From contig CATQHZ020000001.1 in NCBI GenBank assembly GCA_958296135.2, forward strand, positions 2,368,001-2,432,000: a stretch of DNA of 64,000 nucleotides. The letters are read 5' to 3'. How positions within the stretch are numbered: position 1 is the first letter of the stretch; the number at the start of each line of letters is the position of its first letter. Below are positions 29,130 through 38,889 of the stretch, in pieces. Source of the DNA: an uncultured Poribacteria bacterium. Its GTDB lineage: Bacteria > Poribacteria > WGA-4E > WGA-3G. The translations under genes and the position numbers were made by a program. The notes under the pieces are model-generated. The model saw nothing but the letters and a program-made list of their open reading frames with translations, was not told the origin of the DNA and ran no database searches.

Positions 29130-29897
29130 TCAGCGGATTAACTTGCCGACGCGGTCGAACCGGACGGTGCCTACCCATTTCCAGACTTCCCAGAGATGCG
29201 CCGGGTGTCGTGCCGAAAACACCACCATAAACGCTTGTCCCTTGATGTCTTCAACTGCCACCGGCCCCCAAAAACGACTATCGCTACTCATATCCCGATT
29301 ATCGCCCATGGCGAACACCATCCCTGCCGGCACAGTGAATGCGTTTCCCGCCGGAAATTTTCGCCGAAATTGACTCGCCGTCAACGTGTAGTCGGAAAAT
29401 GTCTCGTCATCGGGCAAATATGCAGGGCGACAGAACGGTGGAAAATCCGCAACGCTAAAACGTGAACCCCGCGCAACGTGCTTCGTATAGTCGCTATCGT
29501 CAACCGCCTCACCGTTGACATAGAGCGTTTCGCCGCGCGTCTCCACCGTATCACCCGCGACAGCGACGATACGCTTAATGAAATGATGCGCCCTATCGTG
29601 CGGCGGCAGAAAAACGAAAACATCACCGCGCGCCGGCTCGTGGAAATCAAACACCTTGATGTCTGTCCCCGGAATCTTAACACCGTAGATAAACTTGCAC
29701 ACCAAAACCTGGTCGCCGATGAGCAGCGTGTCTTCCATCGAACCCGATGAAATCCGATACGCCTCCACGACAAACGGACGAATTAAGCCGAAGACCAGGA
29801 TAAGCGAAACGACGATATGCTTGGTGTGTTCCCACGCAAAAATGTGGCGAATTCTCCGCGATAGTGATAAGTGCATGTTTGTATCCATGAATTTCAT
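29130..29897 (-). CDS. lepB: Signal peptidase I (paralog 1)
   Basis: ISSGSM, FIKRI and GDNRDMSSDSR; follows lepA. Confidence 0.93.
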   Translation of the reverse strand: MKFMDTNMHLSLSRRIRHIFAWEHTKHIVVSLILVFGLIRPFVVEAYRISSGSMEDTLLIGDQVLVCKFIYGVKIPGTDIKVFDFHEPARGDVFVFLPPHDRAHHFIKRIVAVAGDTVETRGETLYVNGEAVDDSDYTKHVARGSRFSVADFPPFCRPAYLPDDETFSDYTLTASQFRRKFPAGNAFTVPAGMVFAMGDNRDMSSDSRFWGPVAVEDIKGQAFMVVFSARHPAHLWEVWKWVGTVRFDRVGKLIR

Positions 29898-30110
29898 GCT
29901 CCTTCAGGCGGCAAGAAAAACGAGATGCCCGCGCCCATTGTAAAATTTACCCGAATTCCTTTTTAACTTCAAGAGAAAAATTGCAGAACGATTCAGTTCC
30001 CGGATGAACCACATCTGTCCGTTCACATCCAGGGGCAGGAGGAGAAACACCCGCCCTTACCATTAAACGAACGAAAAGTGAAAACGAAATGCCGCTGGAA
30101 AAATTGGCGA

Positions 30111-31913
30111 CTATTCGTCCATCTCCAACATCGCCGTGAACGCCTCTTGCGGGATATCAACGCTGCCGATCTGCTTCATCCGTTTTTTGCCCTCTTTCTG
30201 CCGTTCCAACAACTTGCGCTTGCGTGTAATATCGCCACCATAACACTTCGCCGTGACGTTTTTTCGCAGCGGACGCACCGTCTCACGCGCGACAATCTTG
30301 TTACCAATCGCCGCTTGAATCGGCACCTCAAACATCTGCCGCGGAATCAAGGCTTTCAATTTGCTCACTAAGGCTTTCCCGCGGGCATCTGCCACCTCGC
30401 GCGGCAAAATGGTAGAGAACGCATCGACAGGGTTGCCGTTGAGTAGCACATCAAGTTTCACGAGATTCGCCGGTTTGTAATCACCGATGTCATACTCTAA
30501 TGAACCGTAGCCGCGCGTAAGTGACTTGAGTTTCGGATAGAAATCTGTCAACATCTCGCCGAGCGGCAGCTCATAGAGCAGCTGAACCCGTTGGGCATCC
30601 AACTGATTCATCCGTTTATAGACACCGCGCCGTTTTTGGCACAATTCCATCGCATTGCCGATATATTCGCGCGGCACGATGATGTCAATATTGACATGCG
30701 GCTCCTCAATGCGTTCAATGTGATGCAGTTCCGGGAGATGCGCCGGATTGTCAACCCCGATAAACTCGCCAGATTTTAGAGAGACGCGATACATGACACT
30801 CGGCGCAGTACGCACAAGAACCAGTCCAAATTCACGCTCAAGCCGCTCATGGATAATCTCCATGTGCAGCAGCCCCAAGAACCCACACCGAAACCCGAAC
30901 CCGAGCGCAATCGAGGTTTCCGGTTCAAAGTTGAACGAGGCATCGTTGAGACGCAACTTCTCCAATGCCTCCCGCAGCGCATGGAATTGATGCGTGTCAG
31001 CAGGATAGAGGCCGCTAAACACGAGCGGCTTCATCTCGCGGTATCCGGGGAGCGGTATCGGTGTCGGTGTCGCGTGATGCGTAATCGTATCGCCGATTTT
31101 CGCCTTGTCAATCTCTCGTATCCCCGCAATGATGTAGCCAACGGAACCGGTGTGCAGTGCAGCAACCGGTTGCAGCTGGGGCGTGAAGATGCCTACCTCT
31201 TCCACTTCATAGGCGCGCTGCGTCTCCATAAGTTGAATTTTCTGCCCCGGCTCCACGCTCCCATCAAAAACGCGGGTATACATGATAACCCCGCGATAGT
31301 TGTCATAAACAGAATCAAGGACGAGTGCCTTCAGCGGCGCATCGGTTTCTCCCTGCGGCGGCGGAATGCGATTAACGATAGCGGCTAAGATAGCAGGAAT
31401 GCCAATCCCAACCTTCGCGCTGACGAGCAGTGCCTCGTCGCCGGGGATGCCGACGACTTCCTCGATTTGCCGTCTGACTTCATCAGGGCGCGCAGTAGGC
31501 AAATCGATTTTGTTGATAACGGGGACAATCTCCAAGTCATTATCAATTGCGAGGTAGGCGTTCGCCAAAGTTTGCGCCTCCACGCCTTGCGCCGCGTCCA
31601 CGATTAAAATCGCGCCTTCGCACGCGGCGAGACTTCGAGATACCTCATAGGTAAAATCGACGTGCCCGGGCGTATCAATCAAGTTGAGCTCGTAGGACTG
31701 TCCACCCGTGGTGTAGTCGAGTTTGGCGGCGGTAGCTTTAATAGTAATGCCGCGCTCGCGTTCCAATTCCATCAGATCGAGCACCTGAGCGCGCATCTCG
31801 CGCTCAGCGAGAGTGTTGGTGTGTTCAAGGAGCCGGTCGCTCAGAGTGCTTTTACCGTGGTCGATGTGCCCTAAGATACAGAAGTTTCGGATGTTTTTAA
31901 GCGGTTTTGACAT
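30111..31913 (-). CDS. lepA: Translation factor EF-4
   Basis: [30 protein letters not shown] and [14 protein letters not shown]. Confidence 0.98.
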   Translation of the reverse strand: MSKPLKNIRNFCILGHIDHGKSTLSDRLLEHTNTLAEREMRAQVLDLMELERERGITIKATAAKLDYTTGGQSYELNLIDTPGHVDFTYEVSRSLAACEGAILIVDAAQGVEAQTLANAYLAIDNDLEIVPVINKIDLPTARPDEVRRQIEEVVGIPGDEALLVSAKVGIGIPAILAAIVNRIPPPQGETDAPLKALVLDSVYDNYRGVIMYTRVFDGSVEPGQKIQLMETQRAYEVEEVGIFTPQLQPVAALHTGSVGYIIAGIREIDKAKIGDTITHHATPTPIPLPGYREMKPLVFSGLYPADTHQFHALREALEKLRLNDASFNFEPETSIALGFGFRCGFLGLLHMEIIHERLEREFGLVLVRTAPSVMYRVSLKSGEFIGVDNPAHLPELHHIERIEEPHVNIDIIVPREYIGNAMELCQKRRGVYKRMNQLDAQRVQLLYELPLGEMLTDFYPKLKSLTRGYGSLEYDIGDYKPANLVKLDVLLNGNPVDAFSTILPREVADARGKALVSKLKALIPRQMFEVPIQAAIGNKIVARETVRPLRKNVTAKCYGGDITRKRKLLERQKEGKKRMKQIGSVDIPQEAFTAMLEMDE

Positions 31914-31968
31914 AGTTCAGATAGTTTAACACAATTTGGTAGGATTTTCCACAAAAAACGTAAAAACA

Positions 31969-32130
31969 TTAATCTATTTCCCCAGCCTGCCGCAAAGCAT
32001 CATTAATGACAGCGTCTCCGAGATACATCCCGTTAGCCCGCAGTTCCATCAAAAGGGGTTCAATGACATCAATCAACCCTTTTTGTTCGCCTTCACCAAA
32101 ACTCCCATTGTCCCCGTATCTGTGATGAGC
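31969..32130 (-). pseudogene. DUF3368 (PIN-associated) C-terminal remnant with a frameshift
   Basis: TGTMGVLVKA in one frame continues as QKGLIDVIEPLLMELRANGMYLGDAVINDALRQAGE in another (1-nt loss at gcgaacaaaaa); the N-terminal part is absent. Confidence 0.65.
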
Positions 32131-32349
32131 CGTTGGATGAGCCGTCGGCTGGCGATGACGGGACATTTGCAATTCCGCACGGTGATGCAGGTCCCTTTGC
32201 GCGTCTGTTCTCGGGCCAAATTGGTTGGAAGGCGTGTCTGACTTGGATCTTTCTGAAGTGGCGGTCTGACTGGAAAACAGGGAGAACCTATCCGTGCCGC
32301 TTTCCATAAAAACTTATTTTGAGGCCATCTGGGACAATGTCCTAGATAA

Positions 32350-32571
32350 CTATTTCCGTTGTCGGTTTAATTTTTGGCTGCAGTCGATGGGTTTGTCGGC
32401 TCGGCGAATTGATTCTTCAAGCGAGATGTTTCCGGCATTGTAATCCTCGGAGATCTGGTTCCACGCCGCGGTCATTTTGTTTGGCGGCGGGCATGGTGGT
32501 TCGGTTAAGATGGCGAGCGTGATGAGCGCGAGGATTGCGCCGATGAGGCATGCGATGAGGATGCGGTTCAT
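32350..32571 (-). CDS. Small membrane-anchored hypothetical protein (73 aa)
   Basis: MNRILIACLIGAILALITLAIL anchor or signal; last gene of cassette unit 1. Confidence 0.55.
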   Translation of the reverse strand: MNRILIACLIGAILALITLAILTEPPCPPPNKMTAAWNQISEDYNAGNISLEESIRRADKPIDCSQKLNRQRK

Positions 32572-32657
32572 GGTAGGGAAAGTAATGAAAGGGAGACCCT
32601 GCTGCGGGCAGAATCTCCGCGGCGGGGTTTGGGTGTTGCGCGTGCGGGACGCGCGGG

Positions 32658-33803
32658 TTAGCTGTGATAGGTGTAGATTCTGCGGTTGTGGCGACAAGGA
32701 CCCCAATTTCCGCATCGGGTATACCGTCTGTTACAGCGCGAGCAGGTTCGCAAGACGTGCTTGGCTCGCTCGCCACTGATGCAGGAATAGAAATAGTGGT
32801 TGCATCCTGAGTTGATGCGCGTTCTGTGCGCGTTGGTGGAACTGACGCGGCCGCCTCGTCTACAACTGCTGCCGGCGGGACAGGCGACCGAGGTGTCGGA
32901 GCCGCCGCCGCCACCACCACCACCGTTATTGCTGACAGTGTTGCCGCCGCCGCCGCCGCCGTTAGTGGGGGTGCAGGTATGAGGCGATGCATTGCTACAG
33001 GTCCAGACCTCTGCATTACAAGTGGAACACCTGTCACGATGTGTGCCCTGTCCACTTCTCGCGCAGTGCCACTCGTTTTGCCTGCATCGGCTACAATCCA
33101 CTTGCCAGTGTAGCCCGTTGTTATCTTGCCACCCATCTGTTTCTCCGTAGGAGTTGGCGGCTATTAGTTTTCTGGCGGTACAAGTCCAGATGGTGCTGCC
33201 GCAGCCGGAGCAGGTCTTCGAGTGCTGGGTGAAGTAGCTGACCTCTTTTTTGCAGGAGGGACAGAGGGTGACGGTTTTGACCTCCCAGCTCCAAGTTTTC
33301 GGAACTGCGGTGTCAAAGGCACTGCCCGGATTGTGCATGGAGTCAAGACTACCGCTTGGGGAAAGGATTGTTCTTGACCCTATTGCTGTGACCCGACCTG
33401 AGGCATTTGCAGAGTAGTTTCCATCACTCTTATTGAAGAGGACTTCTGCTTCCACTTTAATCCTTCCTATCCAGGTGCCAAACGGAGTTATTCCGAGCCG
33501 AGCCTCTTTTTGTCGGTTGAAGGGTGTGCCGTCAATGGTTGCAGTCAGATGTGCGTAAACCCATCCGTTGCCTCTGGCGGTACCATGGAGTGTCACCTTG
33601 GCTTTATGCGGTGGCGTGCCGGGCAGAAACGTGGAGAGCACTCTCGGATTCTGGTCTCTCGCCTTTTTATAGACGTTCCCATCGTAAATGTTCGGGACAA
33701 GATAGACGTTGGTTACCGACATCGCGCGGCCCCATGCTTGCCCCAGTCCTGTGAGGCAGAAGAGTGCAAGGAGCACGGTGGTGGTTATCGATTTGAAGAA
33801 CAT
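32658..33803 (-). CDS. Secreted Cys/His-rich protein (cassette unit 1, gene B; 381 aa)
   Basis: AAAGGAGG RBS before ATG 33803; signal peptide MFFKSITTTVLLALFCLTGLGQAWG; several CxxC pairs; poly-Gly linker. Confidence 0.8.
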   Translation of the reverse strand: MFFKSITTTVLLALFCLTGLGQAWGRAMSVTNVYLVPNIYDGNVYKKARDQNPRVLSTFLPGTPPHKAKVTLHGTARGNGWVYAHLTATIDGTPFNRQKEARLGITPFGTWIGRIKVEAEVLFNKSDGNYSANASGRVTAIGSRTILSPSGSLDSMHNPGSAFDTAVPKTWSWEVKTVTLCPSCKKEVSYFTQHSKTCSGCGSTIWTCTARKLIAANSYGETDGWQDNNGLHWQVDCSRCRQNEWHCARSGQGTHRDRCSTCNAEVWTCSNASPHTCTPTNGGGGGGNTVSNNGGGGGGGGSDTSVACPAGSSCRRGGRVSSTNAHRTRINSGCNHYFYSCISGERAKHVLRTCSRCNRRYTRCGNWGPCRHNRRIYTYHS

Positions 33804-33819
33804 AAGGGTTAACCTCCTT

Positions 33820-34578
33820 TTAGGGTATGTGTGGCAGGAGATGGCCGAGGCCGAGCTCCTGATACGCCTTTTTACGGGCCTCATTAACGTATCTCTGATT
33901 GATGGCCTCGATTTCTGCCTCAGACATCTCCACGGGGTACATTCCCCATGCAGAAATGATAGGGAGTCTGCCTTGTGAGGCGCTTTCGAGTTCGTTGAAT
34001 TCATCTTCAAGCCTTCTTACCAGGCTTGTGTCGCCGTTGGCTCTGGCATCGGCGAGTTGTCCCCAAAGTTGGAGATGTCGTTCCCATTGCTCCAGCGTTG
34101 GGGCGAATCCGGTTTGGTATTCAATCTCTATGAAGGGTTGGCCGATTTCAAAGAGAATGGGGTTACCGGATTCATCGCGCATTAGCTCCTCTTCGTCTTC
34201 AAACCGGTACTCGTATCCGTCGGGTGGAGGTTCGACACCGATGCTTTTATAGAACTCGTTGAGAATTCTCAGCCCTTTCCCTGAATAGGGAGAGAGCACG
34301 TTTTCTGCATTCTTTGCAGAAGGTGTGCCTTGTTCGCGTCTAGCTTCCTTATGTTCTGCTGCGTGTGCGACGACTTGTACCTCATGCGGATCGGCGTGCC
34401 ATTCTCCGTTGTGCCAGTGGCCGGCGGTATCGGTTTCCGCTCGGGTCTGCTGTTGCACGACGGGTGGTTTCGGTAGCGATGCATCGAACTTCTGCTTCTG
34501 CCATTCTCCCCAAAAGTAGAGGCCGGTGCAGAAAGCGACAAGGAGTATCGCGCCGGTGGTGAGTTGTCTCAGAGACAT
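33820..34578 (-). CDS. Membrane-anchored GHWH-motif protein (cassette unit 1, gene A)
   Basis: Constant N-terminus MSLRQLTTGAILLVAFCTGLYFWGEWQK...GHWHNGEWH, unique C-terminus, GGAG RBS. Confidence 0.85.
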   Translation of the reverse strand: MSLRQLTTGAILLVAFCTGLYFWGEWQKQKFDASLPKPPVVQQQTRAETDTAGHWHNGEWHADPHEVQVVAHAAEHKEARREQGTPSAKNAENVLSPYSGKGLRILNEFYKSIGVEPPPDGYEYRFEDEEELMRDESGNPILFEIGQPFIEIEYQTGFAPTLEQWERHLQLWGQLADARANGDTSLVRRLEDEFNELESASQGRLPIISAWGMYPVEMSEAEIEAINQRYVNEARKKAYQELGLGHLLPHIP

Positions 34579-34877
34579 GAGGGTTCTCCTTTTGCGCGCT
34601 TGTGGCGCGCGGTTGGTAAACGTTATCTAATCTGATTTTATTGGAAGACGCTTTTTTTTGTCAAGTTTTTTTAAGACAGTTTCGTGTGAGTGTCTTAAAA
34701 ACACTTTCGCAACTGCATATCAAACTTTCAGGGTGCATCGAGACCGGGAGGTCTCTCCTACCGACGTTGTTGAGGTAACTGCGTCAAATTGCGCAGTTAA
34801 AAACAGCGAAAGAACATAGCACGCAACAACGGCGCATGCGGGGCTCTGGCGATAAGCGTCCCTGCCCAGACCACGGT
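34366..34877 (-). repeat. Cassette constant region, copy 1 (leader plus 5' coding part)
   Basis: Near-identical to 35714-36113 and 36830-37325. Confidence 0.9.
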
Positions 34878-35267
34878 TTTCCTGCCGAGGGTCCAGTGAG
34901 GATATAGCCCGACGGTAAGCCAGTTGCCGAGGCGTTCCCCTCTTTTGGACTTCGGGACACTGGTGCCGCCAGATCCGTTAACCAGGCCTACCGTTCCGGA
35001 TACGAGTTTGATAGAGGCTTTCCCCAGTCCTTCGGCGGTGGTGGACGCATGGATGGTAGCGGAACTTGGCTTGTTGGGCGACCAGGTGGTGCTGCCATCT
35101 TGGTGCAGCTCGCGGGTAAAGGTGCCACTGAGGCTGCAACTGATAGAGGTGTTGCTGAATGTCACATCGACTTTTATTCGGCTATATGCGACAAGAGCGA
35201 CGGAAGTAAGGAGGATACAAACGAGGCAGGTAATGAGAATGCCTCGAATGGGTTTGTTTAAAAGCAT
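34797..35267 (-). pseudogene. Secreted protein gene (unit 2, gene B), apparently truncated by the next leader
   Basis: TAATG overlap with gene A; signal peptide; its last codons (TVVWAGTL...RCF*) are read from the repeated leader. Confidence 0.65.
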
Positions 35268-35926
35268 TAGAGTCCTCCTTTACGAGAGCTGCGAGTCCGG
35301 ATGGCGGATTGTGAGACCTTTTTTCCTGTTTTCCTGTCCCGCAATAAGGGTTCGCCGTTTTCGTCCAAGTTCAGGATGCCTTTGCTCGCGTCTTTGAAAC
35401 TGTAGCGGTATCCTTCGGGTGGTAGTTCGAGCCCAAATTGTGCGTAAAACTCTCTATCGAGTTCCTCGATGAATTGCTGTCGCTGTTTGGGCGGCAACAT
35501 ATCCAGGTTAATCCCAACGACGCTTAGATAGTCTAGTTGTCGTTGTGAGAGTTTTTCGGGGTGGAATCCGTCTCTCTTCAGCGTCTGGTTGAGTTCCTCG
35601 ATTTCGCTATCGGTGAGGCGCTCGGAGATATCCACATCGGTGGTTGTGATTCCTGTGGACATATCGCCACTGGTGAGCCATTCGTCACCGTTTGAGGTGT
35701 TGCTTTCGTCTTGTGCGACGACTTGTACCTCATGCGGATCGGCGTGCCATTCTCCGTTGTGCCAGTGGCCGGCGGTATCGGTTTCCGCTCGGGTCTGCTG
35801 TTGCACGGCGGGTGGTTTCGGTAGCGATGCATCGAACTTGCGTTTCTGCCATTCTCCCCAAAAGTAGAGGCCGGTGCAGAAAGCGACAAGGAGTATCGCG
35901 CCGGTGGCCATTTGTCTCAGAGACAT
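35267..35926 (-). CDS. Membrane-anchored GHWH-motif protein (unit 2, gene A)
   Basis: Same ~70-aa N-terminus as 33820..34578, different C-terminus. Confidence 0.85.
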   Translation of the reverse strand: MSLRQMATGAILLVAFCTGLYFWGEWQKRKFDASLPKPPAVQQQTRAETDTAGHWHNGEWHADPHEVQVVAQDESNTSNGDEWLTSGDMSTGITTTDVDISERLTDSEIEELNQTLKRDGFHPEKLSQRQLDYLSVVGINLDMLPPKQRQQFIEELDREFYAQFGLELPPEGYRYSFKDASKGILNLDENGEPLLRDRKTGKKVSQSAIRTRSSRKGGL

Positions 35927-36113
35927 GAGTTCTCCTTGTGCGCGCTCGTGGCGCGCGGTTGGTAAACGTTATCTAATCTGATTTTATTAGCACACGCTTT
36001 TTTGTCAAGTTTTTTAAGACAGTTTCGTGTGAGTCTTAAAAACACTTTCGCAACTGCATATCAAACTTTCAGGGTGCATCGAGACGCGGGAGGTCTCTCC
36101 TACCGACGTTGTT
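35714..36113 (-). repeat. Cassette constant region, copy 2 (leader about 110 bp shorter)
   Basis: Identity with the other copies ends at ...ctaccgacgttgtt, just beyond the REP. Confidence 0.9.
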
Positions 36114-36361
36114 CAGGTAGCGCAGGTAACACTCGTGCTACCGCTTGCTGAGACCAGGAAGTGGTCTAACCAAAAATGAGCACTCTGCGTTTTTTTTGCA
36201 ACATCTAAAGCTGTCTCCGCTCGAGTTAATTGCGGTTCCGTAGTACGGAGCGTAGTCTGGAGCGTAGTGTGTTGCGAATCACAAGGCGCGGTGAATGCGT
36301 CACCGGTTGCAAGCGCGAGGAGCGCGAGAATGAAGATGGGGAGATACAAGGTGTTTTTCAT
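36113..36361 (-). pseudogene. Secreted protein gene (unit 3, gene B), short or truncated
   Basis: ATGA overlap with gene A; signal peptide MKNTLYLPIFILALLALATGDAFTA; the stop falls at the junction with leader copy 2. Confidence 0.6.
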
Positions 36362-37029
36362 TGTTCCTCCCACCTGACTTCGTCCTGTGGTGGGCCTGGG
36401 TATGCTTTCCAGTGTGCTTTTCTCCTTTCATCCCAATCTTCCCGCTTTTGCATGTGTGCCTTTAGTATTTCAGCGGCGGCTAGCCGTTCTTCGTGCGTCA
36501 TGTTGGCGATGCGTTGGTTCCTCTCTGCGATTTGCTTTTTCATCGCTTCGATACCGTATTCATCGCTTATCAGCGGATATGGATCCTCTTGGTCCATTAA
36601 CTCCTCTTCGGCTTCAAGCCTGCATTTTTTTTCGGCCCATGCGCCGTATTTTGGCGCGTGGCGCGCGATGCTTCGGATGACCCGCAACCGTTCGACGTAT
36701 TCCGGTGTTGCGAGGAGTTCCTCTATGGCTGCATCGGTTATTGGCTCAAAGAGTCTCGGCCCGCGCAGCATGGCGAAGTGAACGCCTTCGTCGAGGCCTG
36801 CATTGGCGGGTTGGTGCGTTTCGGTGTGCCATTCGTCACCGTGCCAGTGGCCGGCGGCGGTATCCTCGGTGACATCGCCGGCGGTATCGGTGTCCTGCTG
36901 TTGTTCAACAGCGGGTGGTTTCGGTAGCGATGCATCGAACTTGCGCTTCTGCCATTCTCCCCAAAAGTAGAGGCCGGTGCAGAAAGCGACAAGGAGTATC
37001 GCGCCGGTGGTGAGTTGTCTCAGAGACAT
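36358..37029 (-). CDS. Membrane-anchored GHWH-motif protein (unit 3, gene A)
   Basis: Same N-terminus with a short insertion, GHWHGDEWH, and an unrelated helical C-terminus. Confidence 0.85.
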   Translation of the reverse strand: MSLRQLTTGAILLVAFCTGLYFWGEWQKRKFDASLPKPPAVEQQQDTDTAGDVTEDTAAGHWHGDEWHTETHQPANAGLDEGVHFAMLRGPRLFEPITDAAIEELLATPEYVERLRVIRSIARHAPKYGAWAEKKCRLEAEEELMDQEDPYPLISDEYGIEAMKKQIAERNQRIANMTHEERLAAAEILKAHMQKREDWDERRKAHWKAYPGPPQDEVRWEEQ

Positions 37030-37325
37030 GAGTTCTCCTTGTGCGCGCTTGTGGCGCGCGGTTGGTAAACGTTATCTAATCTGATTTTATTGGAAGACGC
37101 TTTTTTGTCAAGTTTTTTTAAGACAGTTTCGTGTGAGTGTCTTAAAAACACTTTCGCAACTGCATATCAAACTTTCAGGGTGCATCGAGACCGGGAGGTC
37201 TCTCCTACCGACGTTGTTGAGGTAACTGCGTCAAATTGCGCAGTTAAAAACAGCGAAAGAACATAGCACACAACAACGGTGCATGCGGGGTTACGGCGAT
37301 AAGCGTCCCTGCCCAGACCACGGTT
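36830..37325 (-). repeat. Cassette constant region, copy 3
   Basis: Matches copy 1 out to ...cccagaccacggtt. Confidence 0.9.
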
Positions 37326-38193
37326 AGCGAACGCTTTGCGCCAGGACAAAAAACTTGATGCGAGTGAGTGCCTTAAAAGCAGCGATGGCCCGTTCCGTCT
37401 CGCCGAATTCGCCAGCAATCTGACCAATGTATATAAAATCGGAACTTGACATTCCCGCGAGTCGTGCCGAAAGCCCAGTGCTGAGCTCGCAGGTGTCGTA
37501 GGCTTTCAACGCCAATTTCAGACGGAGCTCCCGCTGCTGTTTCCTAAAAGCGACATTTAACCGGCTATGCTCTGTGCAACATGCGGTGCTTGTCAATTGT
37601 GCATGAAAGAGGCAGTGCAGTTCTTCGCCGGAGATACCATTGCTCCTGATGCCCTCGAGTGCCTTTTCGGGGTCCAACATCGCGACGATGTGTGCCGGCA
37701 TCTGGATTCCCACCATTTGCTCAAAATCGGCGATGCTTTCATATCGGGTATGAAACAACGCACGGATGTCCACTCGCAAGAGTGTCGCAACAGTCCAATC
37801 GGCTTTGACTTTCGTCCAATGTCCGAGCTCACACCACGCAACACCACACTGCCCATACGCCAATCCTGCATCTGCATCCAGTTGAATCGCTGCGTAGAAA
37901 TCTTGGGTAGCCTTGTGAACTTCACCTTGGGCGAGGTAAGTACTGCCCCGCTCGGTGTAAACCTCCGCTAGGGCGGGACTTGAACCTAATGCAGGCTGAT
38001 AGTCTTGGAGAGTGTAAATGTCCTCGCCGCGCTGCCGATAAACGGTGCCACGGCGGTAATGCTCCCCGACATAATTCGGTGCCAACCGGAGCACTCTCTG
38101 AGCGTCTTCAAGTGCCTGCTCGTAGTTATCCTTGACGTAGTAATGGTGACTGCGGTGGTAATATGCATCGGCACCATAGGTAGCGAGGGACAT
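37324..38193 (-). CDS. TPR protein with a C-terminal UPF0175-like segment, possibly degraded
   Basis: TPR-like repeats; LKLALKAYDTCELSTGLSARLAGMSSSDFI resembles the UPF0175 HTH. Confidence 0.7.
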   Translation of the reverse strand: MSLATYGADAYYHRSHHYYVKDNYEQALEDAQRVLRLAPNYVGEHYRRGTVYRQRGEDIYTLQDYQPALGSSPALAEVYTERGSTYLAQGEVHKATQDFYAAIQLDADAGLAYGQCGVAWCELGHWTKVKADWTVATLLRVDIRALFHTRYESIADFEQMVGIQMPAHIVAMLDPEKALEGIRSNGISGEELHCLFHAQLTSTACCTEHSRLNVAFRKQQRELRLKLALKAYDTCELSTGLSARLAGMSSSDFIYIGQIAGEFGETERAIAAFKALTRIKFFVLAQSVR

Positions 38194-38224
38194 GTTTCCC
38201 CTCGCCCCACGCGTAGTGCTACGG

Positions 38225-38833
38225 CTAAAGCGGCTTCACCTTAATATGCCGGCACCAAATCTTCCCACCGTGGTCTTGGATACCGATATGTCCACGCCGT
38301 GGGAAATCCTTGAGTGCAATACCGAATTTGTTGCGGCTGCCATCAGGATTCTGGTGCGGCGTGTCCCACAACTCCAAGTCCGCGCGCACAATCTCCTCGC
38401 CGTTTAGCGCCACCGCGACGATGCTGCCATCACATGTGATAGTCATCGCGTTCCACTCGCCTGCCGGTTTGCAGGTATTCCGCGTCGGGCCAAGCGCATC
38501 GTAGAGCGCACCGCAATCGTGGTTACTCGTCGGCGACTTGCCGTGCGTGTCCAAAATCTGGAGTTCAAGCCCTGACTGAACCGCATCCTCCAAATCTGCC
38601 CATCGGACGAAGATGCCGCTATTCACATTCGGCCCGGTCTTGAAATCCAAAGTCAAGACGAAATTATCAAACTGTTCCTCCGTATAGAGGTACTTTCCGC
38701 CTTGGACGGTGCAAAGGATGCAGCCATCCTCAACCACCCAGCCATCGGCATCGCCGGTGGTTCCCCAGCCGGTTAACGTTTCCCCATCAAATAGGGATAT
38801 CCATCCATCAGTCTGTTCTTTTGCTGTAGCCAT
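38225..38833 (-). CDS. DUF1080 (3-keto-disaccharide hydrolase-like) protein
   Basis: WISLFDGETLTGW, NSGIFVR, ELQILD, GEWN and GHIGIQDHG. Confidence 0.9.
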   Translation of the reverse strand: MATAKEQTDGWISLFDGETLTGWGTTGDADGWVVEDGCILCTVQGGKYLYTEEQFDNFVLTLDFKTGPNVNSGIFVRWADLEDAVQSGLELQILDTHGKSPTSNHDCGALYDALGPTRNTCKPAGEWNAMTITCDGSIVAVALNGEEIVRADLELWDTPHQNPDGSRNKFGIALKDFPRRGHIGIQDHGGKIWCRHIKVKPL

Positions 38834-38889
38834 CTTTTCTCCTTAAGTTGCCGGTAGGCACGGTTTGAAACCGCGCTGTGCGGGCGCGC

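Noticed and set aside
32417-33136. 239-aa Ala/Pro-rich ORF
   Set aside because: Alternative frame of the Cys-rich gene, kept open by the GGC repeats.
32350-37325. Integron, DGR or shufflon as the explanation for the cassette array
   Set aside because: No integrase, attC-like sites, reverse transcriptase, adenine-specific TR/VR pair or invertase; all units are direct repeats with their own promoters.
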